64,000 bases of DNA, taken from positions 19,902,001 through 19,966,000 of the forward strand of contig NC_043005.1 in NCBI RefSeq assembly GCF_006345805.1, written 5' to 3'. Shown here piece by piece: positions 52,141-64,000 of the stretch. Within the stretch, counting starts at the first letter, position 1, and every line of letters begins with the position of its first letter. Made by a program: the position numbers and the translations under genes. Under the pieces are notes generated by a model, which saw only the letters and a list, made by a program, of their open reading frames with translations, did no database searches and was not told the origin of the DNA. The DNA comes from Octopus sinensis (taxonomy: Eukaryota).

Positions 52141-53876
52141 GTCAAGATAAATTTTGATATATGGTTGTGAAAGGGGGGAAAACTATAAACCAGACTAGTA
52201 ACATCTCCATCAATGATTTGACTGTTTCCCTTGTATCTGACGAGGAATGTTACAGGTATCTAGGGGTGGATGAAAAAATATCTTACAATGGCATCTGTAA
52301 TAAAACACGTGTCACTAAAGAAAATTACAGCCGAATAAAGAAAATTTAGACCACAGAACTCTCTGCTTTCAATAAAACAGTGGCCCACAATGTTTTTGCA
52401 GTGCCAGTACTCATATCAGCATTTGGGCTGCTTGATTGGACGTTTGATAAGATCCGAGCCATTGATGTGAAAACCCGAAAAATACTAACACGCACATAAT
52501 TTTCACATTAACAGTAACGTAGACCCCTCCACCTAAAACGTAAACAAGGCGGCAGAGGCTTAACATCAATCCAAAATGCCTTTGAATGTCGCATCATATC
52601 CCTTCGGCAACAGCTTTTAACCAGCAAGCGTCGACGTGCATCCCTCGCCCAAGTTTGCATACATGACATCATAAGACTTGGAAGGCAGCTCCTTGAGCAA
52701 CACTCTTTGTCTGATAACCTAGAATACATGCCCAAAGAAGTCACACAACTCTACCGCAACGTATCCTCAATGAGAGAATGAGCTTATATGAGCAGAAGAC
52801 TACGCATGGATATGTTAGAAAACTTCGTGATGATAGTAATATCGATCATCAAAGTAGTTTATCATGAACGAATAACCGGATTACTACCTCCCACTTTGAA
52901 AGGTATGCGTTTGCAATCCAGGAACAGGAAATATCAACCAAGTACCTGATGCACAAAAGGGATAGAGATGCGGGAAAAGCCGTAAATTGTGACAACCAAC
53001 GCAGACTTTGTGGAGTTCACACTGAAGATATCACCCACATCATAAGCAGTTGTCCGAAAATGTCATCACATTATTATTTATCAATGAGACATGACGTTGT
53101 AGCTAGGACACTCTATAATGAAATCCGCCGGAAGGATAATCCTAAGGACAAAGAAATAAAATCCCACAGTATAGTAAAAACCATAACCACTCATAATAAA
53201 AAGGAATACTGGTGGAACGTACCAGTGAAGGCCTCAATAAAATGTAAGCACAACAGACCTGATATAATTATTTGAGACAGAGAAGAGAATCTGTGTACAG
53301 TTGTGGAAATTACCTACCCAGCAGATGTTAACATAAAGCTGAAGATCAGTGAAAAAGAAAACACCTATGCTGAACTATTGAGAAAAACCTGTTGTTTGTT
53401 ACTCTATCTAGATTACAAGTTCAGGTTTATACCTGTAATTATTGGGGCCCTGGGATATGTAAGACACTGCCTAAATACCAATCTTGAGATATTAGGCTTC
53501 TCAAAACCAGAAAGGAGAAAGCTGATTCAAAGACTACAGGCCCAATCCGTCACAGGTACTATGAAAATCTCTAAAACTATCCAGAAGTTTATCGTTTAAA
53601 TATACATGAGCATGTCTAGATTTGCAACTATATGCATGAGAATACATACGCAAAACATACATACATACATACATACATACATACATACATACATACATAC
53701 ATACATACATACATACATACATACATACATACATACGCAAAACATACATACATACATACATACATACAAAAATACCCTGTTGTTGATGTTGAAATTCCAA
53801 TGAACGAACCTTAGATCTAGGTTAGAAACCGGTTCTTTCTCTATTGGCAAGAAATCTTGAAATAAACCCAATAATG
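52141..53876 (+). mobile_element. RLE LINE (R4/Dong-like) 3' half, decayed
   Basis: YRYLGVDE, LHLKRKQGGRGLTSI, RLCGVHTEDITHIISSCPKMS..Y...RHDVVA (CCHC), KHNRPDIII*D, EKENTYAELL; 3' UTR contains and ends in (ATAC)n. Confidence 0.87.
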
Positions 53877-54254
53877 ACATACAAACATTCATTCATACAT
53901 ATACCTTATGTCAGGTTGATTCCAAACGCAGATAAGATCCTCCTGGTTAGTGACTTCAATGCCCGAGTTGGTTGTGATCATGAACGTTGGGAAGCATGGT
54001 CTCGGCAGGATGAACAGTAATCGTTTTCATCTTCTTCAGTTTTACACTGATTTGAACTCGTTTGCAACACCGTTTTTTTTTTATCAGATGGATGCTCATA
54101 AGGTTAGTGAGATACACCCAAGGTGTGGAAGCCGTCAAGTACGAAGTTGTGTCGTAGATTACACCAGTGTTGCTATGATGACGGATTGCAACCTTTGTAA
54201 ACAAGAAATTAAATAATAAAGCGGGAAGTAACAAGAACAGTAATTCTTACTCAT

Positions 54255-54465
54255 ACAGGTATAAGACCCGAAATTTGGAAGATATTTGTTCGATTAAATT
54301 GATTCCAGTGCTTGACTAATTCTTTATTTCATCGACTCGGCGCGGGGAGATGATGAAAGGCAATTTTGTCCTCGGCGAGATTTGAATTCAGAACATAAAG
54401 AGTCAGAACAAATATCTAGAGGCGTTTTTCCCGATGCTCTACTGATTCTATCAATCTACTGTCTT
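54255..54465 (-). mobile_element. Degenerate SINE (family of 26118-26333)
   Basis: gatgaaaggcaa.ttt.cctcggcg.gatttgaa.tcagaac is the reverse complement of the 26118 head and core. Confidence 0.65.
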
Positions 54466-54799
54466 CAATCATGAAAAACATTGAATAATGTAGTTCAAGA
54501 TATCTCATAAAATGAATGCATGGGCATGGCTGGGAAGTCTTTGATCATTAGGCCTAAAGGATCAGGGTTAACTTGGAAGATGCACTGGGAGTGGGAGTCA
54601 AGCTTGGATGTAAGGCTGCTGTCTATGCAGCCAGACGCTACATACAACATAGGCCTCCCTTATCACTTTTGCATCCCGCTGAAACTGGACATTAAAAAAA
54701 AACACCTTTAACCGCTTGAAACGGAACCACACCTTGGACGCATGTCAAGACGTGTTCCCTCACTACACACACTTGCATACCTCTCCTATGGAACATCCA

Positions 54800-56330
54800 G
54801 CACACACATGGCCGCTGACAACAGGATCGCTTCTTCCAAGGATGTCCAGCAGGGTGACCCCCTTCATCCATCTTTTTTTCGTTGACTGTCGATGGATTTG
54901 TTCAATCAGCCCCTCACCTTTTAATGTCTGGTACCTGGATGACACGACCTGGGGTCGCTTGACGGTAGCTGGGGACCCTCAGCATGTCATCCTAGCCCTA
55001 AACCTCCTTGAGCTTGGAATCAACCCGACCAAGTCGGAGGTGATAAATGTTAGCTATGGTGATGCTGAATTCCCAGGATACTGTACTCAGCATCCAGCTC
55101 GTTTTGGCGGGACTCGGCTGATGCTAGGGGATGCCGTCTGCATTCTTGGCTCCCCAGTCCTTCTGAAAACCATAACGGAGTGTCTGGAGACAAGCTTGCG
55201 GACTTGTCAAGGATAACTGGGAGATTGCGCCTCATTAACGCGCACCCTGCGCTCTCCCCCTTCAGGAATTGCCTTGCTCTGCCTAAGCTCCTTTTCCCGC
55301 TATGCAGCGTGCCATGTCATTCTCTCACAGATCGCCACAGCAAAACCGATACCACCATCTGGTGCTGGGCTGAACTGATCTCCAATATTAGTTTTGACTG
55401 TACTGGCAGGCAGGCAACAGGCCAAAATACCTGTTAAATTCGGTGGCTTCCGTTTCACTGTAGACCTGGCTTTGCCGGCCTATCTTTCCACAATGTCTTC
55501 CAGCTGCACTCTCATCGGTGAAATATTCTGCGAGATGGCTTCACCCAGTGAGGCCCAAGAACTGGAGTCAGTTCTGACCGATTGAACCGTTAAAAGCCTT
55601 GCAGTCCTCCAGAATACAAATGTCCAACATAAGCTGGACGACATCAAATGCAAATCAGCCTTTAGACAGATTGAAACATTCTTAGACAAGCACCGCCTAG
55701 CCTGCCTTAGTTCCTCTTCGCAGCCAAATAGCCCTCCCCATCAACCGGTACCATTCTTGATGATGAGTGCACTCATATCAGAAAGGCCCAGCGCCTCGGT
55801 CTCCGCGTGTGTAAGCTGCACAGATGCCGTTCTTGAATGTAGTTGATGAATTCAGCCTGCATTCATTATCTTGCAGTGTGGGCCGGTTCCCCCGACACGC
55901 TGTTCTGAACGACATAATTAGAAAACTTTTCCCGTCCGACTGGAGCCAGTAGGTCTTGACCACGTGGCTAGTAAGCGCCTCAACGGGAAAAAAAAACTCT
56001 TCCCATACCAGGGAAGTAAATCTCCAATATGGGCTTCGACACGTTCTTCTCCTCCAGCCTGCATCACCACAAACCATAGTATCACCGCCCCTAATGCAGA
56101 AGAAAGATAAATACAGGAGATGACCGCCCGCTATTAATTTGTGCCGGTTGCCTTCGAGCCCTCGAGTGTTCTTGGACCCCGTACTATTGATTTCCTCCGC
56201 AAAATCGAGATAACTGCGGCCCGTCTGAGAAATAAGCCCGCGAAGTGGTGTGGTTGTTGTAGCGTGTGTCGCTGGCTATGCTTCGCGGCAACGTCTTTGC
56301 AATTATGACCGCGAGGCACGGCTGAACCCG
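54800..56330 (+). mobile_element. CRE-clade non-LTR retrotransposon, decayed
   Basis: SSKDVQQGDP, NVWYLDD, GINPTKSE, ILGSPV, RNCLALPKLL, PVKFGG, LGLRVC, C..GRFPRHAVLNDII, FEPSSVLGP...FLRKI; motif order RT-CCHC-RLE typical of CRE. Confidence 0.75.
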
Positions 56331-57559
56331 CCATTTGATCCGGGATGTACATGTTACTCTCCACCCCTTCCCATCTTTTACTGTTTAATTCCTCCACTTT
56401 TTCTTTTTCTTTGTTTCCTTGATGAAGTTGTTCTGGGTCCTGGTTTTTCTTTTTTTTTTTTTTTTGTGGGAGTAGTCTCGATAATTCGATCTTTTATGCC
56501 TTTAATGGGTTTTTTCATTCGTTCCTAAAAATATAAAATGCATTTTCATTTCTATGCTCTCTGAAAGTCGCCGCCGGCGAGATTTGAACTCAGATTTAAA
56601 TGTATTTATAAGTAAGGAAATATCGGAAATCATTTTGTCCAGGTAGTCTAATGATTCTGGAAGCCACCGAAATATAAGACATGAATAATAAAGAACCAGC
56701 AAGAGGAACCTCTATGTGGTCGCTCAACATGCTAGAAATCGAAGTCACATCCACCTCACACCGTTTCGTCTTAGAAAATACCGCGTTGGATAACCTGATC
56801 CTCAATTCTCTATGGATAAGTAAAAGACTGGATAGTCACAGTTGGAATGCCTTTTATCATAGACCTGCTCGGTTAAGGCTGATTTGGTGCTAAACAACAA
56901 TAGGAATAACAATTTTTCTTTTAACACTAGATCAATGGTGGCATGTGTGTGGAATAGTATTGTGTGTGTGTATGTGTGTGGGGGGGTGTTATGAGGAGTA
57001 GGTGCCATTGTAATAGCTGTAGAAGAGACTTAAGAGAGTACACAGGTAATTGGTGAGATAATGTTTGTAAGGGTTTGATGTGTGAAGTAGCGGTAAAAAA
57101 AAAAAAGAAGGATAGACTGTAGGGGGACAATGTTTGCAGCATTTCAAAAATCAGTCCTATTTTCACTTGATTAGGCGCTATTATATTCTGTTGTAGGATT
57201 TCGAGATAGCTATATCTCTAAATGTTTTAGTGTCACAAACAACACCAGTGGAAAATGAGAGATTGTCATCGATGTTTTTGTGTTTTTTAACTCCGAATCG
57301 ATCTTAAGCCATCAGATTTATAATCAAAAACATTCTGGTCGTAACCAACAGCATTTTTCTTTTCTTTTTTCTTTTCTTTTTCTGTTTTCAGTCATAAAAT
57401 ACATTATCCAAAATGTTCTTTTTCGAGACGATGAGCGTAGTTTGATGGGTAACCTGCCTGTTGTTTCTAGCAGATCGAGAGACACGTGGAGGTTCCTTTG
57501 CGGGCTTTGTTGGGGGGAAGGTCCCTCGTGGTAACGAAGTGAATTGATTTTAAAACAAA

Positions 57560-58003
57560 AAAATCCTGTGCTTTTTATGTTTTGTGTTTTCACGGGAACG
57601 AAACAGGGTGTGACATTCATGCTTTCTGCGAAGGTTTCGGCAGTTTGAAAGTAAAGGGAATTAGGGTTTTAACAAGCGAGAATCGAAACCGTCTCGTGAA
57701 CAGAGCGAAGCCGGTAGCTTAGTTGTCGCCCACCCGGCCGCTCGCTCACCGTTCACTAGTCCGCACGGCCTACAACGGCTTGCACACTCAAGAAATCAAT
57801 AATAATCATACTGATAGTAACATCAACAATATAAGGACAGCAACGTCGGCAGGCGCAGCAGAAGAAGGCAGGGTACAGCAGCACCGGTAGCAACAACAGC
57901 AGCAGCAGTAAAGAGAAAGCAATTATAACAGGATACGTCAAGTTTAACATCGGGATTCGCAGTTGTGGAGTAACCAACTCATCACGTTCCAACTATTGTA
58001 TGT
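57560..58003. promoter_or_regulatory. CpG-richer, TE-free block; candidate promoter or non-coding first exon upstream of the TASK gene
   Basis: Local CG enrichment (cccacccggccgctcgctcaccg), no recognisable TE, possible donor GTATGT at 57998. Inference only. Confidence 0.25.
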
Positions 58004-58167
58004 ATTTTTAGTACGTACAAACACCATACTGTATTTTTTCTCTATCTTTTTCTTTGTAATTTCTCTCTATATATCTAGCTATTTATATATCTGCGTGTCT
58101 ATATGTCAGTGTTTCAATCAATCTATCTATCGGCGGGTCTTCCTGTCTCTTTAGCTGTTTGTCCATC

Positions 58168-58198
<31 letters not shown>

Positions 58199-59806
58199 GC
58201 TTGTCTATTGATCTGTCTTTCTAGTTATTTACCGATGTATTTTTTTTTTGCCCATCTACTTAGTTGGCTGCCTATATATCTATCTACCCGTCTCGCCTGT
58301 ACATCTATCCGTCTGCTTATCTTTATATGTGCTGTCCTACCTAACCATCTGTCTCTCTTTTTTCCCCCCATTTATATAATCAACACGACAAATTTATAAC
58401 GATATATTATGATTATTTCTGACACCTCTTGGCTCTTTATTTTATAAACATTCATTTGACAGTCTCTACATTTTATTCACCTACCTCTGTTTATATTATT
58501 GTCCATCCTCTTAAATAATTCCCCCTGTCTACCCCGGGTATATTCCAGTGGACCTTATCTAATACATCATACGAATTCTACTGTTTGGTGGTTGGCTCTG
58601 TATTAGATAAACACACTGGTTTTAATATATCTGTAGACATTTTCGGAGAAATGTTGCGAAAGTAACCATTCTATAATATTAGTCTTTCACTCTGCGTGGT
58701 ACATGTCTGTCTGTTTGTCTCTCTACTTCTCTCTCTTTCTTAATAGCCCTGCCTTTCTTTCTTTACACACCCCTTATTAAATAGCAGCTTCCCTCCATAC
58801 ATTACAGCTTTCGCATGTAAATATATATATATATATATATACATATATATATACATAAATTGTAGATACATACCTGGTGGTAAGTATGCATGTGAAGTAC
58901 TGAGTGTGCTGTAACCTGACCAGATTGTTATTTTTCTGGTATTGCTTTCGACTTTTGTTCCGTCATATATAATAAACATATTTATCTATCTATCATTCTC
59001 TCGTTTTATACACACACTCACAAACATGCCTACCTACCTATATGTTTTTCCGTTTATCTATGCATGTTTGTCTACCTGTGTGTTTGTTGGCGTGTCATCC
59101 AAGCCATCTGTGTATCCATTTGTCTGTTTATCGGTGTGATTATTGTGTTTCCTTTTCATCCCAGTATGTGTGTGTGTGTACACGCACATACACACACACA
59201 CACATTTCTCTTCATTATCAATCTTTCATTGTTTCCAGCAGTCTTTGTATTTTTCCTTCACTCGCTTTATTTTTGTTTTTGAATCTTCTTTCAAATGTAT
59301 AACACTCCACGCGCGCATACACACACACACACACACACACACAACACACACACAACACACACACACACACACATAAGCACGCACGCATACACTGACACGC
59401 GCTATACTTCCGCAGTTCTTGCTACGAATCTAATTATTTTAACGCTTTCTCTTTCGTATAATTTTCGATAATTTGTAGAAACTGTTATCAATTTCTATTT
59501 CCCCCACCCCACCCCCGTCTTTATCTCCACCTCTTTTTTACATGATAAATAGTATTATCTTCATTAACCGGTCTGGGTGTTTTATCTGTAACGCGGTGAT
59601 GTCCTACACTCTGTGTGTGTGTGTATGTGTGTGTGTATGTGTGTGTGTGTGTGTGTATGTGTGTGTGTGTGTGTGTGTGTAAGCATACACGCCACAACCT
59701 TCGTTGCACTTCTTACAATTTCCAGTTACACGTTTATTGTCGTTCGTTTCACATCTCTTAGTTTAAATAAAATGAAATCGCTCCGCATTTTCGCTTTTAG
59801 TATTTT

Positions 59807-59809
<3 letters not shown>

Positions 59810-59870
<61 letters not shown>
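59810..59870. repeat. (CT)n microsatellite
   Basis: Directly visible. Confidence 0.95.
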
Positions 59871-59877
<7 letters not shown>

Positions 59878-62253
59878 TTCCTCGTCTAAAAACAAGAGCA
59901 CGGAAGAAATTAGTAAAGAGATCGACGTGGTGAAAACACAAGAAAAGGAAATCTTGAAAAAACAGACACGGTTACATTCATGAACAAGATCAGAAACAAA
60001 CACGCTTACACTCACACAAAAACTATTGCTCACACATGCATTGAGAGATAGTGCGTGTGCGTTACATACGTTACATACTTGCTTACAGAGAGATATTGAA
60101 AGAGACAGACAGAAGATCACAGATGTACAAACAACAAAGCCACTGGGATAATCACATAGTCAGTCACTTATATACACACAGAGTAGCTTTCTTATTTTGC
60201 TAAGTATTTCTGGTGCCAAGCTCTTCAGAGAGATTCTTCTCTCTCTCTCTCTCTTTCCATGTATTTCTCCTAGTTATCCATACCCTTCTCTTTACATCTG
60301 TCTCTATGGCACTCTGACACTTTATTTCTGTGACACACGCTTTTTAGCTTTCTAAAGCAGCCTACTCCGTTTATTAGCTTTATCTTCTATTTCTCTCTTT
60401 TCATGTTTACTAATTTACTCCCTCTTATTACACTCGCTGTCCTTACTTTCTCTCTCTCTTGCTATATGAATTTTTGCTCGCTCTCCCCTTCTCACTCCGT
60501 TTCTTTCTCTCTTTCAAGATGACCACTTGTCTGGTGTGCAACAGGAAAATAGAACGACTGACCAGCAACAAGATTCAAAGAAAGAAACGGATTAAAACTA
60601 TGAATAAAACAACAAAACATTAGCTGAAAAGGGGGAGATCGCTGGAGATGGTTCCATATTAACTAAACACATCAGCTTGTTAGTTGTCTGTCGTCTCACC
60701 CAAGTTGTTTCTTCTCACCCACTTTGGTATCTTTCAACCAAGGAAAACCTTTACAAACTTACGAACCGAACCGAAACAAATCAATTGATTTGGAAACACA
60801 ATATACTATCATATCAATAATGGTTTGATACATTTTTGGAGTGAGAGAAAGAATTTAAGACAGAAGGCTAATAAATCCATTTAAATTATTAAAAACAAAG
60901 ATATTCAGGAGTGCTCCAGCAAGGCTTTACAATTTGTGATCGCTAAAAAACTACGATTAAAATGAAAACGATAAGAGTAAATGCATGAAAAAACGCAAAC
61001 AAAAATAGTATAACAATATGTAAAACTAAATACATATTTACAAAACTGTATGAATGTATTTGATAATAAATTCATAAATAGAGAAATAATATACATATCA
61101 ACTACCACAGGAAATGTTGATAAATCGAACAACTGTTTGGGTTTCGATTTTCAGTTTTAATCACTATACTTTCATCGCTAATATTTTGGGAAAGGCATGA
61201 ATATTATATAATCATGTTTGCTTTACCCTAAATAATTAAAACCGTGTTTGATATTTTTATTCTTGTAAGTTAAAATATGAAGAAAAAAAGATCTTTATAA
61301 CATTTATATAGAAAAAAATAAACGGATATTTTCATATTTTTCATTATTTCTCCTCATGATTGGAGAAGCGAAAGAAGTGAGAAGCAAAGAAAAAAGATAA
61401 GCAAACGACAATGTGATAGAAAGCGTTAAATGAATTCCAAGTGAAATGGACTTTAAATAATAAGAGACAAGAAATGTAAATTTTTTTTAAGGAAACCTTA
61501 TTTATTTTTTATTTTTTCTACATCTCTATAATTCTACAAGTAAGAACAGATAAATATATACATATATATATATATGACTGAATATATGCATGTAATATAT
61601 GTGTGTGTGTATATAGGTTTGAAAGAAATACATCGAATAAGTAATCTTTGCTTAGGGAGTCGGCAGGTGTGTGCGTGAGTGTGTGTGTGTGTGTGAGTGT
61701 ACATACGTGTGTGAGTGTGTACATAAGTGTGTAAGTGTGTGTGAATGTATGCCTGTGTGTATGTGTTATTCTCTGTAGTGTTACTGTGTTGTGGTTGTTT
61801 TTTGTTATCCTCAACAATATTAACCACATCCCGTCACACACAAATACACACACCGCTCGCAACTTGGTCTCGCCTGGCTTAGCACAGTTCATTGATTAGC
61901 TAGCAAAAGCCACCTCTTTAAGGGATGTTTTTTTTTTTTTTGTCCTGTTTGTTTAGAAATTACAATTAACTTCTTAGCTGGTTGAGTAACAAACTTCTTA
62001 ATAATAACTGTAACAATTGCAACGGACGATCACACATGCATACGCAACAGCTGGTGCAGCTCAACAATAATAACAAAAAAAATAATAAATATAAATAAAT
62101 AATAAAAATAATAATTGTAGAAAACGCAAACGACATCAACTATAACAACAATAAAAAAAACAACAATATTAACCACAATTTAAAATGTCAAGAATTTCTT
62201 GCATAACAAATAGCAAGCTACACATAACATAAAGTAACTATACTTAGGGTAGT

Positions 62254-62284
<31 letters not shown>

Positions 62285-62813
62285 TATATACACTTATTTA
62301 TTTATCACACACACACATGGCATCTCGCTTTCCATTCTGAGACAAGTTCAAGTTACATTTGTACCTGGCATGCACGAACAGGAGTTTCTCAGTTACCAAA
62401 TGTTTGCATCTTTCGAATGATCTCCATCCAGCCACCCAGTTTAAATATTGGCCCCGCTCAGTACATTCTATAAACCATTTCATTATCTCCGTCACATTCT
62501 TCTGTCTATATCGCTGGGATTTTATATATATATATCATATATATATATATATATATCATATATATATTTTTTTCTGTTCTACTTCTTTTGTTTCACGCAC
62601 GTATGTTAAACATAAATATTTATGTTCATAGATATAAGGATACATACCAAGTATATATAGATTAGTGCGCGAAAATATATATAAATACGCATACATATTT
62701 ATTCAGAAATGCATGTGATAATATATATAATTTGTTATTTCACCTTAATTCTGCTGTGAAAAAAATAATTTACAAAAAAATCATGCATATATATCGATAA
62801 TTTATATACGTTC

Positions 62814-62844
<31 letters not shown>

Positions 62845-63350
62845 TATATATATAATATATATATATATACACATATATATATATATGTTAACACCAATAT
62901 AGAGAGAGAAAAATCCAGTATACAAAGCAAGTGCTAAAACTAAAGAAGGTTATATTATAAAGGAAAACTTAAAACTAAGTGATTTTTAAATCCAAAACGC
63001 AAATATCCATTCTAAAATTCGACTCTCAAATCCGCAACAGTGATGATCCAAGATAGAGGGAAAATTCCTGGATACAATCCTTAAATCACAGAAAGCAATC
63101 CTGAAAACTCCCAAACAGTATTTGAAAAATCGGAAGCAAGGTAAAATATCAAAAAGTAATTATCATCAATAAGAGTTAAACCAAACCAAACGAAACCCGA
63201 CACAAAGTGAACTCTGTTTTCACAAAATCCCTCCAATACACAGGTATATACCCATTAAACACATACACACGTCAACTCCATCACTTCCTTTGAGGAAAGA
63301 AAAAGAAAAAAGCTACACAAAAGCTGAAATCAAACCAGTACCAATGTTAG

Positions 63351-63650
<300 letters not shown>

Positions 63651-63929
63651 TAGTCCTTGCATTTTCTTTGATTCATTTTTTGTTGTTATTGTTTGTTTGT
63701 TTGTTAGTTTGTTTGTTATGTGACTAGGAGGAATAACCAGCAACTATAAAACTTTGCACGATCTCAGAAACTTGTTGTTGGTGCTGCTGATGGATCCAGG
63801 AAACATGGGACATTGCAGCCGAAAGTTGAGCGTCAAGATATCCAGTTGATCCGAGACTTGGACTGAACACTTGCAACTGAGTGGACTCCACTCACATAAC
63901 AGGAGAAAATATCTATTCTGACGAAGAAG

Positions 63930-63966
<37 letters not shown>

Positions 63967-64000
63967 ATATTATATATATATATATATATATAAGGTTAAT

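Noticed and set aside
57820-57910. CAG/CAA-rich stretch as a polyQ coding exon
   Set aside because: No sustained open frame with credible splice sites or homology.

Overview
AT-rich, microsatellite-dense animal genomic DNA. The SINE families, RLE-LINEs and (TA)/(CA)/(ATAC)/(AGAT)/(TAA) repeats suggest an octopus or other coleoid cephalopod (inference from recalled repeat families; not searched). The only host gene I can support is the first coding exon of a TASK-type two-pore K+ channel (KCNK3/KCNK9/sup-9-like, 63354-63636, + strand, phase-1 GT donor). The preceding ~56 kb are mostly decayed transposons: two near full-length mariners; Tc1, pogo/Tigger, hAT and Merlin-like remnants; RTE, R4/Dong-like and CRE-like LINE fragments; several SINEs; and many Penelope-like (PLE, GIY-YIG) remnants. 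The main result of reading the sequence by eye is 12 minimal type I hammerhead ribozyme (HHR) motifs from at least 7 unrelated sequence families. Six have intact catalytic cores. In three separate loci they sit as outward-facing pairs in the arms of long inverted repeats. A further conserved motif with hammerhead words in non-canonical order recurs in three repeat families, including the terminal repeat of a ~790-bp tandem array. TE boundaries are approximate unless a TSD or TIR is given. Nearly all ORFs in the supplied track are microsatellite or TE artefacts.
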